Source: Chrysomallon squamiferum | Taxonomy: Eukaryota; Animalia; Mollusca | Reading direction: 5' to 3' | Assembly: GCA_012295275.1 (NCBI GenBank) | Contig: CM022678.1 | Coordinates: 20,147,144-20,211,143, forward strand | Length of the DNA: 64,000 nt | Shown: positions 1 to 13,264 of the stretch, one piece after another | Layout: each line of letters opens with the position of its first letter | Numbering within the stretch: the first letter of the stretch is position 1 | Translations under genes and position numbers: made by a program | Notes under the pieces: model-generated | What the model saw: the letters and a program-made list of their open reading frames with translations, nothing else | Told to the model about the DNA's origin: nothing | Database searches by the model: none

Positions 1-635
1 GGAATGTGGGTCAGGTTGCACCTACAGAGGTCAAGTTCGGTTTGACCCTTTGAGTTACTGACCACACGGAGTCGTATGTTTTTGTTTTGAGTTACGAAAC
101 CTGAACTGTTTGGTCGCCGCGATTTCGGGTTTGAACGTCCGTTCAACATTTTCATAGATTTCTGTCTTGTCTGAAGAGAAAAAGATTTATTAGTAGGTTT
201 ATATTTACATGAGTGAAAAAAATTATAATTTGTGTTGTTTTGTTTTTAGAAAAGCCAGTGTGTTAAAAACATGTTTTTGATTTTTTACAATTTAGCTTTA
301 ATGATAATTTCTGTAAGAAATGATAATAATTATAATACAGGTGTTGAAAACAATACTTCTTTTTAATTATTGTTAGAAAATACATCAAACATACCCACTT
401 ACAACAACTTGCCACCTCGTTAGAAAAATACACAGACACACACAAACACACACAGACAAACACATACAAACACAAGAACACACAAATACACAGAGTAATA
501 TTAGTGTTTCATTGTAATCAAAAACAAAGAAAAAACATAAAATTTATTTGAATATTATTACAGTTAATAAATCTGTTTCAGAATTATAGTATCTATATTA
601 TATGGACAATATATTAATAACTATTGAATTGTCTA

Positions 636-671
<36 letters not shown>

Positions 672-1234
672 TATATATATATATATATAAAATTTACCAT
701 CTCTACACCCATTGATTTCTTAATTATCAGTTGCATGACAATTGTGTTTAATAAGAAAACAAAACCTACCTAAGAATTTCTGTGTATTTGTACAAACATC
801 GTAGTTTTCATGCTAGCACTTACTCCAAGCTGTTGCCACTGGTGATGTTCAGGTGACCTGTGGTGGACAAAGTTAACTTGAGTTGGCAATCAACTCTTTA
901 TCAATAATGAATAAACTTTCCTTTCTCTTCTCACAAATCAATAATTTTCACCTGTTTACTTTATTTCTTGAGCAATATATTATTTATTATATACTGAAAG
1001 ATAAATGTCTGTGTGATGTATTGCTTATTGAATGTAATTATTTAATAATAACTCATACTGTGAACACTGTTTATTTTATATTGAATGATTATATTGTTTA
1101 TGGTTTATTTATTATTTTATAGTATTTCTTATGTGAACAGTATATTATTTATTGTATTAATTTGTTTATTATAATCTTTGTGAGTGGTGCTATTTATAAT
1201 ATATTCTTCTACATTACAGTTCTGCCTGAAATGA

Positions 1235-1267
<33 letters not shown>

Positions 1268-1310
1268 GATAGATAGATAGATAAGCAGATCTATATATAT
1301 ATATATATAA

Positions 1311-1353
<43 letters not shown>

Positions 1354-1841
1354 TAAAAATCTTAAATGTTTATAATTTGTATTGGTTTCTAACCACTGTA
1401 CATAATGACAGATATAATGCAATGGCAAAACTGTTTTCTTTTTCAATCTGTCTTCCAAAACTGATACAACACAGTCCACAGCATATATTGTTCCATATAC
1501 AAATAAACACACAGCAAAGTTCCTTGTGTCTAGAGATTAGTAAATGTCAGAAATATCAAATTAGTGACATCCAGTAACTGTAGATGAATGTTTGTTTTGT
1601 TAAACAGAACAAAGTCTATCTTTTTAATTAGTAACTTCATCAATAATACATCCACTGCATGCATGGAATCTACACAGAGCCATAATCAATACTATTATAC
1701 ACTGGTTACTTCTTGATTGTGCAGTATTTAGTTTTGTTATACATGTATCTGCTGGTTCTATCTTGTAGAACATGATACTAAAATAGCTTGTTGCAAATCC
1801 ATTTGTATATAAATGTGTGTTCACATATATGTGTGTGTGTT

Positions 1842-1886
<45 letters not shown>

Positions 1887-1950
1887 GCATGAATGAATGC
1901 AAGTGTATATGTATGTGTGTCTGTTGGTGTGTGCATGCAGGCAGGTGTGA

Positions 1951-1990
<40 letters not shown>

Positions 1991-2049
1991 AATTGTATAT
2001 TAATGTCAATATTAGGATTGTGAAATATAGGTGACAATACTGATATTTA

Positions 2050-2652
2050 TGTATATCTTTGACTTTCAGACCTAATATATATATATGTGTATAATTTAAT
2101 TTTGTATATTTAAACACAATTCAGATGCTAAGAAACAGTTACAAATGGCCAGCATTTTCAGATGCTTGTATAATTTAATATTAAATATTTAAACACAATT
2201 TCAGATGCTAAGAAGCAGTCTCAGATGATCATGTTGTATAATATATATAACAGTACTTGTATAATTTAAATAAATACTTAAAACAATTTCAGATGCTAAG
2301 AAACAGTTTCAAATGGCCATGATATAATGTTTAATACATATAACAGTACTTGTGTAATTTAAATAAATATTAAAAACAATTTCAGATGCTAAGAAGCAAT
2401 GGCAGCATTTTTTAATACATATAACAGTATTTGAGTAATTTAATATTAAATACTAAGAAACAGTTTCAGATGGTCATGTTGTATAATACATATAACAGTA
2501 CTTGTGTAATTTAATATTAATATTTTAAAAACAATTTCAGATGCTAAAAGCAGTTTCAGATGGTCATGTTGTATAATACATGTAACAGTACTTGTATATT
2601 TTAATATTAAATACTTACAACAATTTCAGATGCTAAGAAGCAGTCTCAGATG
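2050..2652 (+). repeat. Degenerate ~80-100 bp tandem repeat containing the SMCHD1 acceptor and exon start
   Basis: caatt(t)cagatgctaa recurs near 2117, 2197, 2284, 2378, 2532 and 2621. Confidence 0.85.
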
Positions 2653-2749
2653 GCAGCGCTGTCGAAGGAGAGAGACAACATACAAAGTGCAATACGAGTT
2701 TACAAGTCAATGTTTGAAACACAGGAACAACTCATCAATGAACTGCGGT
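2630..2749 (+). CDS. SMCHD1: SMCHD1 coiled-coil exon (DAKKQSQMAALSKERDNIQSAIRVYKSMFETQEQLINELR)
   Basis: ttcAG acceptor, GTAAG donor at 2750, open frame; resembles SMCHD1 DVKKQQQMAALTKEKD...YKSLFE. Confidence 0.88.
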
Positions 2750-3275
2750 GTAAGCTGAACATGTCTTAAACAGTTGTACACTTTCTCATCACTCTATCCA
2801 AATACCTGTGATAATTTGTGTGTGTGTGACTGTGTTTGTGTGTTCATAGGTCTGGATGTGTTTGTGGTTCTGTATGTTTTTCTGTGTTTGTGTTTGTGTG
2901 TCTTTTTATGTATGTTTAAGTGTGTGTATAATATGTAAGTGTTTTAGGATTATTAATGTGTTGGTTTGTTTTTATAAATATGATTTATAAATACTGTCAG
3001 TACATTATGAAAATGTTTCAGTGTATAACTGTTGTAAGTTTTATATTTTTGGATAACATCTGTGTGTGTGTGTGTCTGTTGTGTGTGTGTGTTTATATGT
3101 AAGTAAGTTATATCTGTAGAGCTTCTAGAATAATGATAGTTTGATGACCAAGTTTTACACTTGACAGTACAAATATCTGTTAAGCTACTGCTTCATGACA
3201 AGTCCAAAAAAATAAAATAATGAAGAGATGATTCCATAACAGAGAACTAAATACATTTTTAAATGTGATTTTCAG

Positions 3276-3361
3276 TGGCTCTCATTGAGGCTAGTAAAGC
3301 AGAACAGAAAATCCGAGCAGAGCTGAGAAAACAGAATATTCCAGGTTCCCAGCTCCAACAA
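3276..3361 (+). CDS. SMCHD1: SMCHD1 exon (LALIEASKAEQKIRAELRKQNIPGSQLQQ)
   Basis: ttttcAG...GTATG; phase matches the previous exon. Confidence 0.82.
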
Positions 3362-4166
3362 GTATGTAACACAAACAGCTACCTGTGATAATTACTTTAT
3401 TTATTTATTTTATTCTAGATCAACAAGTAAATGTCATAATGAGTATGTTGCTATTACAATAGCCTTTTAAGTTTCTAAGGATGATAATTCTTATTATTTA
3501 TTTGTTTATTTATTTTAGATAATCTTGTTAAGTATATAACACAAATAGTACAATGCCTTTATGACAAAGTCCCGAATTTCAAAATTTAAGCTTTTATTTT
3601 TTGTTGTTTTTTTAACCACATTAAGCTAATTTAATTTAAATATTGATGAAGTAAAAATTAAAGTTTAAATAACAATCTATGCTTGGAAATCATACATTTA
3701 GGAAGTTTATTCTTACATATTAATGAAGACAGATGGCTAAAACAAATATTTTCCTTATCTTATAATGTCAAATGTTCTAAGGGACATAAGTCCTAAGAAG
3801 AATGATAAATGGTAAGGGGAGTAATTCATGAACTAATATATTTATTTTATGTTAACAAATGCTTAAAGATGAGTGATAACCAGCCAATCATTTAATGAGA
3901 ATAATTCATGAAAGAGAATATTTTATTTTATGATGACAAGTTTTCAAAGAAAATAGCTTGGAAGAATGGCGATAACTAGCAAATAATATAAGGGGAGTAA
4001 CTCTTGAAAGACTATATTTTATTTTATGAAAAGTGTTTTAAGGGAAATAACTCCAGAAAAGGATGTTTCTAGAAATGTTTTAAAGAGTAATAGGTACAGT
4101 TTAAAAAAAAAAAAAAAAAAAAATAATAATAATAATTAAAAGAAAAAAGGAATAAATAAATAAACA

Positions 4167-4203
<37 letters not shown>

Positions 4204-4227
4204 TTTATGGGAAATAACTGAATAGGA

Positions 4228-4420
4228 TAATGGTTTAGGTGGAGACAGTAGAAAAGTTGATAGTTTTAAGGGAAATAACTCTGTTGAACTTGTTCTCATG
4301 TTTGAATATTGATGGTTTAGGTTGAGACAGTAGAAAAGTTGACAGTTTTAAGGGAAATAACTCTGTTGAACTTGTTCTCATGTTTGAATGTTTAGGTGGA
4401 GACAGTAGAAAAGTTGATTC
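4228..4420 (+). repeat. ~80 bp tandem repeat x3 containing acceptor plus exon start (tttAG|GTKGAGACAGTAGAAAAGTTGA)
   Basis: copies near 4234, 4316 and 4391. Confidence 0.85.
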
Positions 4421-4475
4421 AGGCGAGGATGAAGTGGACTGCAGCTGCCGATGCCAAAGGGACCAGATGTGTTGC
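4396..4475 (+). CDS. SMCHD1: SMCHD1 exon, damaged (VETVEKLIQARMK, frameshift, then GLQLPMPKGPDVL)
   Basis: tttAG acceptor; two frames each match part of the expected pre-hinge exon (…KGSGDVLGK); internal deletion and no clean donor; end coordinate approximate. Confidence 0.6.
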
Positions 4476-4496
4476 TGTGGAATTGTGTGTAAAGTG

Positions 4497-4556
<60 letters not shown>

Positions 4557-5250
4557 ATAATGTTTATGTCAGGAAAGGTAATTATATATTCTATTAAAGT
4601 GAATAAAACTGATTATTAAATTGATGTAATAGTAGTAGTTGTTGTAGTAATAGTAGTAGTAGTAGTAGGAAAGGTAATACTTTGTTGTATTTCAATGAAT
4701 TAAATTGACATAACAATAATAGTAAATGTAGTTGTAGTAGTAGTAGGAATAGCAGTAATAGTAGCAGTAATGATTGTGTTAGGAAAAAGGTAATTATATA
4801 TTGTATGTATGTGAATTAAATTGATAAAACTGAATGTGAAATTGATATAACAGTAGTAGTAGTAGTAGTAGAGCAGTAGTAGTGGTAGTATTAGTAATAA
4901 TGATTGTGTTTGGAAAAATAATTATTTATTGTATTTTAATTGAATAAAACTAAATATTAAATTGATATAATAGTAGCAGGTAAAACAGCAGCAGTAGTTG
5001 TGGTAGTAGTAGTAGTAGTAGTAATACTGTTTTTACTATTATTATTTTTAATATTTATATTAAATTTATTTATCTAAAATAATAATTTTAATAATAATCG
5101 TCATCATCATCAGAATTATCTCTGTTAAAAATAACACTAAAGAACAGCAACATTAAAAAAAAAAAATAAAAACATAAAAAAATTAAATAAGATAAAAATA
5201 ATAAAGAGAATATTAATAAAAAAATAACAGTGAAATGTGAAATATTTCAG

Positions 5251-5352
5251 ATTGCTCATCTCGCTATGGTAGAAGATGGGGACATCGCCAGAGTGTTATC
5301 CTGGCACATGTCAGCTGACATGGACTGTGTTGTTACCATGACAACCAAAAGG
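5251..5352 (+). CDS. SMCHD1: SMCHD1 hinge exon ([34 protein letters not shown])
   Basis: tttcAG...GTGTG, 102 nt, strong motif match. Confidence 0.93.
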
Positions 5353-5631
5353 GTGTGTAAAAAAAATATATGTCATAGATATATTGGTATAATATATAGT
5401 AAGACAATTTTAATTATAGTCAGTGTGCGCCTTTCATTGTGTAACTAATTTTCACATAATTAAGGTTTTGTTTTGTTTTGTTTTTTGGTTTATGGTTAAT
5501 TATGTAAATAAAATTACATAGTGTCAGAAAGATTTTCTTTTTCTTTATAATTTACTTTAGTTCTGTTGTAATTTGTTTTTCTCTCCTAATTTTTTAATAT
5601 TGTTATTTTATATATATATATATTGTTATTT

Positions 5632-5688
<57 letters not shown>

Positions 5689-5789
5689 AATTTGTTGTTT
5701 ATACTTTTTCATCTGGCATCCATAATTAACATCATGTTAAGCTTGTAGTTTCTATAAGTTTAATCAATGTTATTTTTCTTTTACAACAG

Positions 5790-5878
5790 GCGAAGGAAAT
5801 TTATCACCAGACGAATGGCAAACAACAAGTTTTACCTCTTGATTCTATTTATAGAAAAAATCTACCTGATTGGTCAAA
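5790..5878 (+). CDS. SMCHD1: SMCHD1 hinge exon ([29 protein letters not shown])
   Basis: caacAG...GTGAG, strong motif match. Confidence 0.93.
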
Positions 5879-6237
5879 GTGAGTGAAAGTGAAAGTAAAA
5901 GTCATCTGATAAATATAGACTTAATATTTTCCTTTCTATACTTTTATGATTATTATTATTATTATTATTATTATTATTTTTTTTTTTTTTTTTTTTTTTT
6001 TCACCCATTTAAAAAAAAAATATATATATATTATTATTAATAATTATGTTGAGTACAAACTATGCATCATTTTTATATAAAGTATATTTTTGTTTTGTTA
6101 AGCTGTTATTTTATGTTATTCTTTGTTTTATTATGTCAGTGTTAATTTGATCACAGTACACTACTTCATTAATTCATTTACTTGTTTATTTAATCTTCTG
6201 TCCAGTGTGTGCAAAAACGTTATTTACGTTAACTTGC

Positions 6238-6520
6238 AGAGTGTGAGAGAATCAAAAACTGTTTAATAAGACCACCTGTTTACTATTGCTGAGTGTGAGA
6301 GAATCAAAAACTGTTTAATACGACCACCTGTTTACTATTGCTGAGTGTGAGAGAATGAAAAACTGTTTATTCGCACCAACCTGGAAACCAGTGAGAGAAT
6401 CAAAAACTGTTTAATAATGAAACACCTGTTTCATATTTCCACAGGATGAAAATAATGTAAAACTGTTTACATCTTAGTATTCTGTTTTCTATTTCTTCTT
6501 GTGAGAGAATTAAAACTGTT
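6238..6520 (+). repeat. ~52 bp tandem repeat (gagtgtgagagaatcaaaaactgtttaata…)
   Basis: 3 near-perfect and 2 degenerate copies. Confidence 0.8.
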
Positions 6521-6985
6521 TGATGTATTATTATTTTTATTTTTTATGTGAGAAATTATTAAAATTGTTTATTATTATTGATATTATTTTTATTATGATT
6601 ATGATTATTGAGAGAATAAAATTGTTTATTGTTACCACCTGTTTATTATTATTATTATTATTAAAATTGTTTATTATTATTTTTATTATGTTTATAATTA
6701 GACCTCTCATATTTCCACAAGATGAAAATAACCTGAAAAATAGGTACATTTTAGTATTCTGAGAAACCTTCATATTTCCATAGGATGAAAATAACTATTA
6801 AAATTATTATTATTATTAGTCTTCAATTATGATTCTTCTTATTATTCTTTTCTTCTTTCTTCTTCTTCTTCTTCTTATTTAATTCTTTTGTTATTATTAT
6901 TTTTATTATTATTATTTTTTTTATATTATGATTATGATTATTATCATATTTCCACAGGACAAAAATAACTCTAAAATAGGTTCTT
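6371..6985 (+). other. SMCHD1: Fragmented remains of an SMCHD1 hinge exon (LIFPQDENN pieces repeated four times)
   Basis: catatttccac/tagga tgaaaataa-like motif near 6432, 6706, 6771 and 6945 at the position expected for LLTFPDNVEHC; no intact exon is present. Confidence 0.5.
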
Positions 6986-7557
6986 AGTATTATTCTTCTT
7001 CTTCTTCTTCTTCTTTTTTTATTATTATTATTATTATTTTTATTATGATTATTTTTTGTTTTTTTTTATTATTGTTATTGTTTTATGATTATTATTAGTC
7101 ATTGTTGTTATTGTTCTTATTATTTTTTATTATAATTATTTTTTTATTATTTTTTTATTATTATTTTGTTTTATCAAGATGATCATGATTATTATTATCC
7201 AATATTTTTTTAATTTAATAAAAAAAAAATTTTGATATAATTATTATCATCACTGTTATTGTTTTTATTACTGTTATTTATTTATTTTGTTTTCAGTTTG
7301 CCAATGTAGTCATTCTTGTTGGTGTTTTTGGATTAAGATTATTGTTAACATTATTATTATAAGGTTTTTATTATAATTATTAGACTTGTTTTTGGTGTTT
7401 TATCAGCAGTCATGATCATTATTATCCATTATTTTTCATAATTTAATAAAAAAGAAAAAAAAAAAAGAAAATTTCTTTTTTGATAGTATCTCACATACAG
7501 ACACACACACTGTGGTCAAACGTGTTTCTGTATACATATAGGGTATTTTGTTTTCAG

Positions 7558-7630
7558 TTTTGTAATGCAGGTGTAGAAAACACTTTGATTCTGGATTCTT
7601 TAGACTATAGTAAACATCTACAGACAAGAG
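7558..7630 (+). CDS. SMCHD1: SMCHD1 hinge exon, damaged (…TLILDSLD…NIYRQE)
   Basis: ttttcAG acceptor, GAG|GTTTG donor; matches DTIILDNLDAANHYRKE only across a frameshift. Confidence 0.6.
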
Positions 7631-7659
7631 GTTTGTCATTATTCTAGACTTGTTTTCAG

Positions 7660-7860
7660 ATGTAATACAGGGCATTATTCTGTAGTAAACACTTTATGTA
7701 ATACAGGGTATTATTCTGTAGTAAACACTTTATGTAATTCAGGGTATTATTCTGTAGTAAACACTTTATGTAATACAGGGTATTATTCTGTAGTAAACAC
7801 TTTATGTAAGACAGGGTATTATTCTGTAGTAAACACTTTATGTAATTCAGGGTATTCTGT
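7660..7860 (+). repeat. 36-bp minisatellite (gtaatacagggtattattctgtagtaaacactttat) x5-6
   Basis: direct reading. Confidence 0.9.
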
Positions 7861-8179
7861 ATTCAGCAGTATTCTGCAGTCAACAGTTTATATAATAAAG
7901 AATTTTCTACAATCAGGAATATTCTGTAGTTAGTGTTATATAAGAAGGAATATTCTATAATCATGGGGGATTCTATAGCCAACAATATTATAAGGAATCA
8001 TATTTATTCAGGATTATTCAGTAGTCAGCAATATTATATAATAAAGAATGAAATAAAACAAGACCCTGTAATTTATCTGTGTTGCTGTAATATATTATTA
8101 TTTCCTAAACTTGCTTTTGTTTCTTCTGCTCTTATTCTTCATATTATTATTATTATAACTAGATCATTATTGTTGTATT

Positions 8180-8428
8180 TGTTTTTAAAAGAAGATTTTT
8201 ATTACTGTGTGATGTTTTTAAAACCAGATTTTTATTACTGTGTGATGTTTTTAAAAGAAGATTTTTATTACTGTGTGATGTTTTTAAAACCAGATTTTTA
8301 TTACTGTGCGATGTTTTTAAAACCAGATTTTTATTACTGTGTGATGTTTTTAAAACCAGATTTTTATTACTGTGTGATGTTTTTAAAACCAGATTTTTAT
8401 TACTGTGTGATGTTTTTAAAACCAGATT
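8180..8428 (+). repeat. 33-bp minisatellite x7 ending in the SMCHD1 acceptor (…tttttaaaaccAG|att)
   Basis: direct reading; gives rise to the spurious repetitive ORFs 7933-8487 and 8159-8578. Confidence 0.92.
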
Positions 8429-8594
8429 GTCAAACACACCCACTGCCCCACCATCCTCACCCGAGATGGAGAAAGAATAAGAAGTAACGGAAAGTTCGGT
8501 GGAGCGATGAACCGAGCCCTGCCCATAGAGAAACTTCGTGGTGCTGTCTTTGGGGAACCTCTGCCTATGGCGTACCATGCACTGTGTACTCAGA

Positions 8595-8597
<3 letters not shown>
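8426..8597 (+). CDS. SMCHD1: SMCHD1 hinge exon ([57 protein letters not shown])
   Basis: accAG...GTGTG; signature [20 protein letters not shown] motif. Confidence 0.95.
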
Positions 8598-8648
<51 letters not shown>

Positions 8649-8825
8649 TGCGTGTGTGTGTGTATGTTATTACATGACTGACAGGTTTATAAATAAAATT
8701 TAGACGTTATTTAAATATTTCTTTTTTTCATTTTTCTGATTTCAGTCTCTTTTTCTTTTCTTATTTCATTCTTTGTATCTGTGTTTATTTATATTCCTAT
8801 TCTGTGTTTAATTATTGATTGATAT

Positions 8826-8871
<46 letters not shown>

Positions 8872-9217
8872 CTGTTTGTAAATAGGTAACACATTAAAAA
8901 ATTGATTTAAAAGTTACTAATTTAATTTATTAGTTTTAAATTTTAACAAACTTGTACCTGTATTAACTTTTTTGGTTAATGATTCTATTACCCAAAAATA
9001 CAAATACTTATTTATTTATTTATTTGATTAGTTATTTATTTACTTACCTGTTCATTTATTGACTTTTTTTTATTTATTTATTTACTTATTTATTTATTTA
9101 TATGTATATTTATTTAATTAGTTGTTTATTTATTTAATTGTCCATTTATTGATTTATTTACTTACTTACGTAATTACATATGTATTATCTTCTCACATAT
9201 TAATTATTTTTACACAG

Positions 9218-9376
9218 ATACTTTGCAGAATTACAAATCTGCTTTATCACAGCATGTCAAAGCTGAAGGAGACCTTCAGGAGCAGTTGATGCTGAGGAAG
9301 GAGCCAGAAATGGCTGCCAAATATAAGGAGTGCGAGGAGGCAGAGAAACAGTTGAAGGAAGTGGAACACAAACTTG
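9218..9376 (+). CDS. SMCHD1: SMCHD1 post-hinge coiled-coil exon (DTLQNYKSAL…EKQLKEVEHKL)
   Basis: cacAG...GTGCG; phase consistent; resembles DLLQQYRSA…NLKLIEEKLG. Confidence 0.9.
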
Positions 9377-9804
9377 GTGCGTGACTTTTTTTCATTTTTC
9401 ATTATTCCTCTTGGAATATTTATTAATCTGGTCGATCATCACTAATCCAGATCACTGGTACCTTCAGGATGCTGGATTAATGACTTTTGCAAGATAACTG
9501 AGCGGTTAGATTCGAATAAACTTAAATAAACAACTCTTCGAACCTTTCTAATATCTTTAAATATTAGTGATGGGACAAAGACTGGGTTTTTTAAGTGGGA
9601 CTTTGTTGGGTGTTGTTTAGCTGAATTTCTTTCTGTCTTCAGATGCAAGCCTCAGTTATGATGGGTGAGATGCTGTGGTGTTTGAACGAGACTTTTAATA
9701 TGTATGTGTGTGTGTGTGTATCTGACTATCTAATCTATCTATCTATCTATATATATATATATATATAAAATATATATATGTATATATGTATTTGTATATG
9801 TATG

Positions 9805-9839
<35 letters not shown>

Positions 9840-9927
9840 ATGTGTGTTTGGGTATATATATAAATATATATATATATGTATGTATGCATGTATGTCTGTA
9901 TGTGTATATATATAAAACTTTTTTCAG

Positions 9928-10178
9928 GGGTTGGTTTACAAACGCGGACGTCTCTGTCTACTCAAGCCCAGCCTCGAGCTCAGAGTCCACCACCAGCAAC
10001 CAAACGACCTCGTCTTTCTAGTGGAAAGTCAACACCAGCAGCAGCAGCCACAGCAGCAGCAACATCACCTCCAGCCAGTGCAGAGGCCGAAGAGACCCCA
10101 ACTCGTGCTAGCAAGCGAATTGCATCAATGACAACAGTCATTACAGATGACGGCAGGAAGAAGCTGAGAAAGACATGA
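9928..10178 (+). CDS. SMCHD1: SMCHD1 terminal exon, low-complexity tail with basic NLS-like motifs (PPPATKRPRL, GRKKLRKT*)
   Basis: ttttcAG acceptor; phase 1 continues into the frame of ORF 9876-10178; TGA stop. Confidence 0.8.
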
Positions 10179-12167
10179 AACAAAGGCTCTGATTGGTGGA
10201 TGGTTCAAGTTACAGTTAATTTGACTGGTCAGTTCGGTGCAGGCCTTTGATTGGTGGATTATTGTGTTTTATTAGATAAACTGGGGTAAAAAAAACTGAA
10301 ATTGCAGTGATTGTTTTTGTTTTGTGTGTTTTAATTTAAACAGAGGTTTTGTTTTTTTAGTTTTTTTTTAATGTCTACCACAACTGAAATTTATAGAGAA
10401 AAAAAATGTTTTTTTTTTTTTTTTTTTTCTTACTGTCTTTAGCAGTAATATTAACTGATGAATGAACATTAACAGTGTTTATTATTTTATTTTATTTTAT
10501 AACCATTTTTTTTTTTTTTAAAGGAAAATATGTCTGTTATTGTTGTTTATGTTATTTTGTTTCTGTGTTTTTATTTATTAACATCCTGCAAGAAATTGCA
10601 TTTTATATTGAGTAATTGTTCTGATACATGTTAAAAAAAGCAGACATATACTGGTTGCTTAGGTAACACTGAAATATGTGTGTATCTAAGAAAAATGCAT
10701 TAAAATGCAACTCATCTCCTTCTGCCATCAAATTCAGAATAAGAACTGAAGAATACATTCTGGAAACGATCAAAGTAAATTGTAAATAAAAAATCTAAAT
10801 AAATTACAAATAAAATCTAAATCCATTATTTATTTATATCAGGTAATTATGAATATTAATAAAAACAAACACTTCACATCTTGATTTATGCTGTGTTTGA
10901 ATTTTCGTTTGTCAGTGGAATTATTTTGAAGGTTATATTGTAAATGACCTAAAATACTGATCCATGTTAAATAAATAATTTATGAACTGTTAATGTCATA
11001 AGCACGCCATTCAGAGTTGCGTCTTGAGATCTACGATGATGCCATTTTCTTGTTCACTGTTCACGAGTAAAACACTTTTTGTACATAATTGTAACATAAA
11101 ATGCTTCCAGTCTGAATTCTGTTTTCAGATACCGTTCATCATAAAACACATTATGGCATGATTAAAGGGTTCATCTTCATTCTGTCATAATTCACTATTC
11201 AAATAAAATCATTGTGGTGTATTTAAGGCTTTCCATTGTATCATAATTCATTATTTCAGTAAAACTATTATTGTGACATCATAATTCATTATTTGAGTAA
11301 ACACATTCTGGTGTATTTAAAGTGTACAGGCCTAGTGTTACACAATTAATTCTTTGAATAAAAATATTGTAAATAATTCACTATTCAAACAGAAACATTG
11401 TGGTGTATGTAAAGCTTTCACATCAATTATGACAATTCATTATTTCAGTAAAAATACGGTAACATCATAATTCATTATTTGAATAAAAATACTTTTTTTT
11501 GTTTAATATGTCTCATCAGTTGTTATTAGAATAATAAAAAAAATTTGTAGTAAAAAATTAATCATCTTCATTCTAACAGTATCACAAACTTAGTTTGGTG
11601 TTCGAAAGTGACATCATTTTTTTTTGTAATCAGTTAAAACGGAATAAACACATTTTGATGTGAAAATGAAGCATTTTCATTTTATTGTTTTTTATACTGT
11701 CGTTTGTTAGAACACTTTTGTGTATGTTGTCCATATATAATGAAAATAAAATGCCAGCAGAGTTTGTGCAGGAAAATAAATAAAAACAAAAATAACATAT
11801 ATTTAAAAATTACTTAAGTGAGATGTGTTGGAAGTCTAAGGATTTGAATAGTTGGGAATTTTAAACACACCCAATGATGGTGGAGGTTAATATATAATGA
11901 AATATTGTGTACAGATCATTCGTGCAATAAAACAATAATTACATTGTCATAGTCACAGATAATAAACAGGTAAACAAAACTAGAATAACGTGAAGATGAT
12001 TTCAAAGTTGTTTTATAACTGGTTAAACGGATTTGCTACATTTATGCATAACTTGCATGCCTTAGTATTGAAAAAGAGTATTTTAAAATTTTATAAAACC
12101 CTGTGGAATGTAAAACATCAGATTGCTGTAAAAGATGTAAAATCAGTTCCTCCCTAAATGATGTTAT

Positions 12168-12410
12168 GTTTAGACCCTTTTTGAAAATATCTAGTTTAGA
12201 CCCTTTTTTTAAAAATATCTAGTTTAGTAGACCTTTTTAAAACTACCTAGTTTAGACCATTTTAAAAACATCCTGTTTAGATTCTTTTTTAAATATCTAG
12301 TTTAGACTCTTCTGAAAAGTTCTAGTTTAGACCCTTTTAAAAATGTCTAGTTTAGACCCTTTTAAAAATATCTAAGTTAGACCCTTTTTAGAAATGTGTA
12401 GATTAAACAC
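12168..12410 (+). repeat. ~26-bp degenerate minisatellite (tctagtttagacccttttaaaaata) x8-9
   Basis: direct reading. Confidence 0.8.
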
Positions 12411-13148
12411 TATTTAAAAATTTTTTAGGAAGTGCTTTTAAACATTATTTATAAATAATTTCCGGCAGAGATTTTTTTTATATATTTTGTCAGAACCTTT
12501 CACCTAAGTAAATTTTAGTGTAAGTTTAAAAAATAAAGAAAATGTGACTGTTTTCAAGGCATGTAGAGTGAGTTAATTGTTATATACTGATGAAGCCTAT
12601 TTCCAAAACAGTGCTTAAGTGTTTTATTTATTATCAATTTCAGGCACAAGTTTTTATTTTTATGTTTTGCTAGAACCTTTTAGCTCTAGATTTAATGTAG
12701 GTTTAAAAGGGAAACAAAACAAAAACCACCAGTAATTTTTTATGTTTGTGGTGAAACTCATTTTTAAAACAAATATCTTGGATGTTATATATATATATAT
12801 ATATTATTATTATTTTATTTTTTTTAGAAAGAAAAAAGAATAACATGGCTAAACAGTACAGCAAAACTGACATAGATAAAAATAAACTGGATTTAAAAAG
12901 AAATGTTCAACCACATACTCAAGACCATTTTTATATTTTAATCTTCTGCTGTTGTCTATTAGAGGTTACAAGAGCTGGAATACAATAAGATATAAATGAA
13001 ACTGCAAATGGGTTAATGTGTATCAAATATTTTTATATGTGTCTTCTCATTAGCTTAAACTGGAGCACTGGATATCTTGGGAAATTAGACCAGTGGACAG
13101 GTAGTGTCAGTTTATCAAGATCTAAGATTTTAAATTTAATTATTATTT

Positions 13149-13185
<37 letters not shown>

Positions 13186-13225
13186 GTATTAGTATTATTA
13201 TTATTACTATTATTGTTGTTATTAA

Positions 13226-13264
<39 letters not shown>

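Larger units (their letters stand above)
2630..10178 (+). other. SMCHD1: SMCHD1-like gene, 3' part (coiled coil, SMC hinge, basic tail); the 5' part lies upstream of the window or is unreadable
   Basis: GT-AG exons give DAKKQSQMAALSKERD..., [46 protein letters not shown] and [22 protein letters not shown], colinear with the vertebrate SMCHD1 hinge as I recall it. Three internal exons are corrupted. Confidence 0.9.

Noticed and set aside
1-900. GC-richer patches (1-140, 810-900) as upstream SMCHD1 exon remnants
   Set aside because: No clean splice sites or convincing peptide match could be read; they may be corrupted exons but are unsupported.
7933-8578. Repetitive ORFs ([11 protein letters not shown])n and (KTSHSNKNLVL)n
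   Set aside because: Read-through of the 33-bp intronic minisatellite; the real exon is in another frame.
9931-10131. Poly-Q ORF
   Set aside because: Alternative frame of the SMCHD1 terminal exon; splice phase selects the poly-Ala frame.
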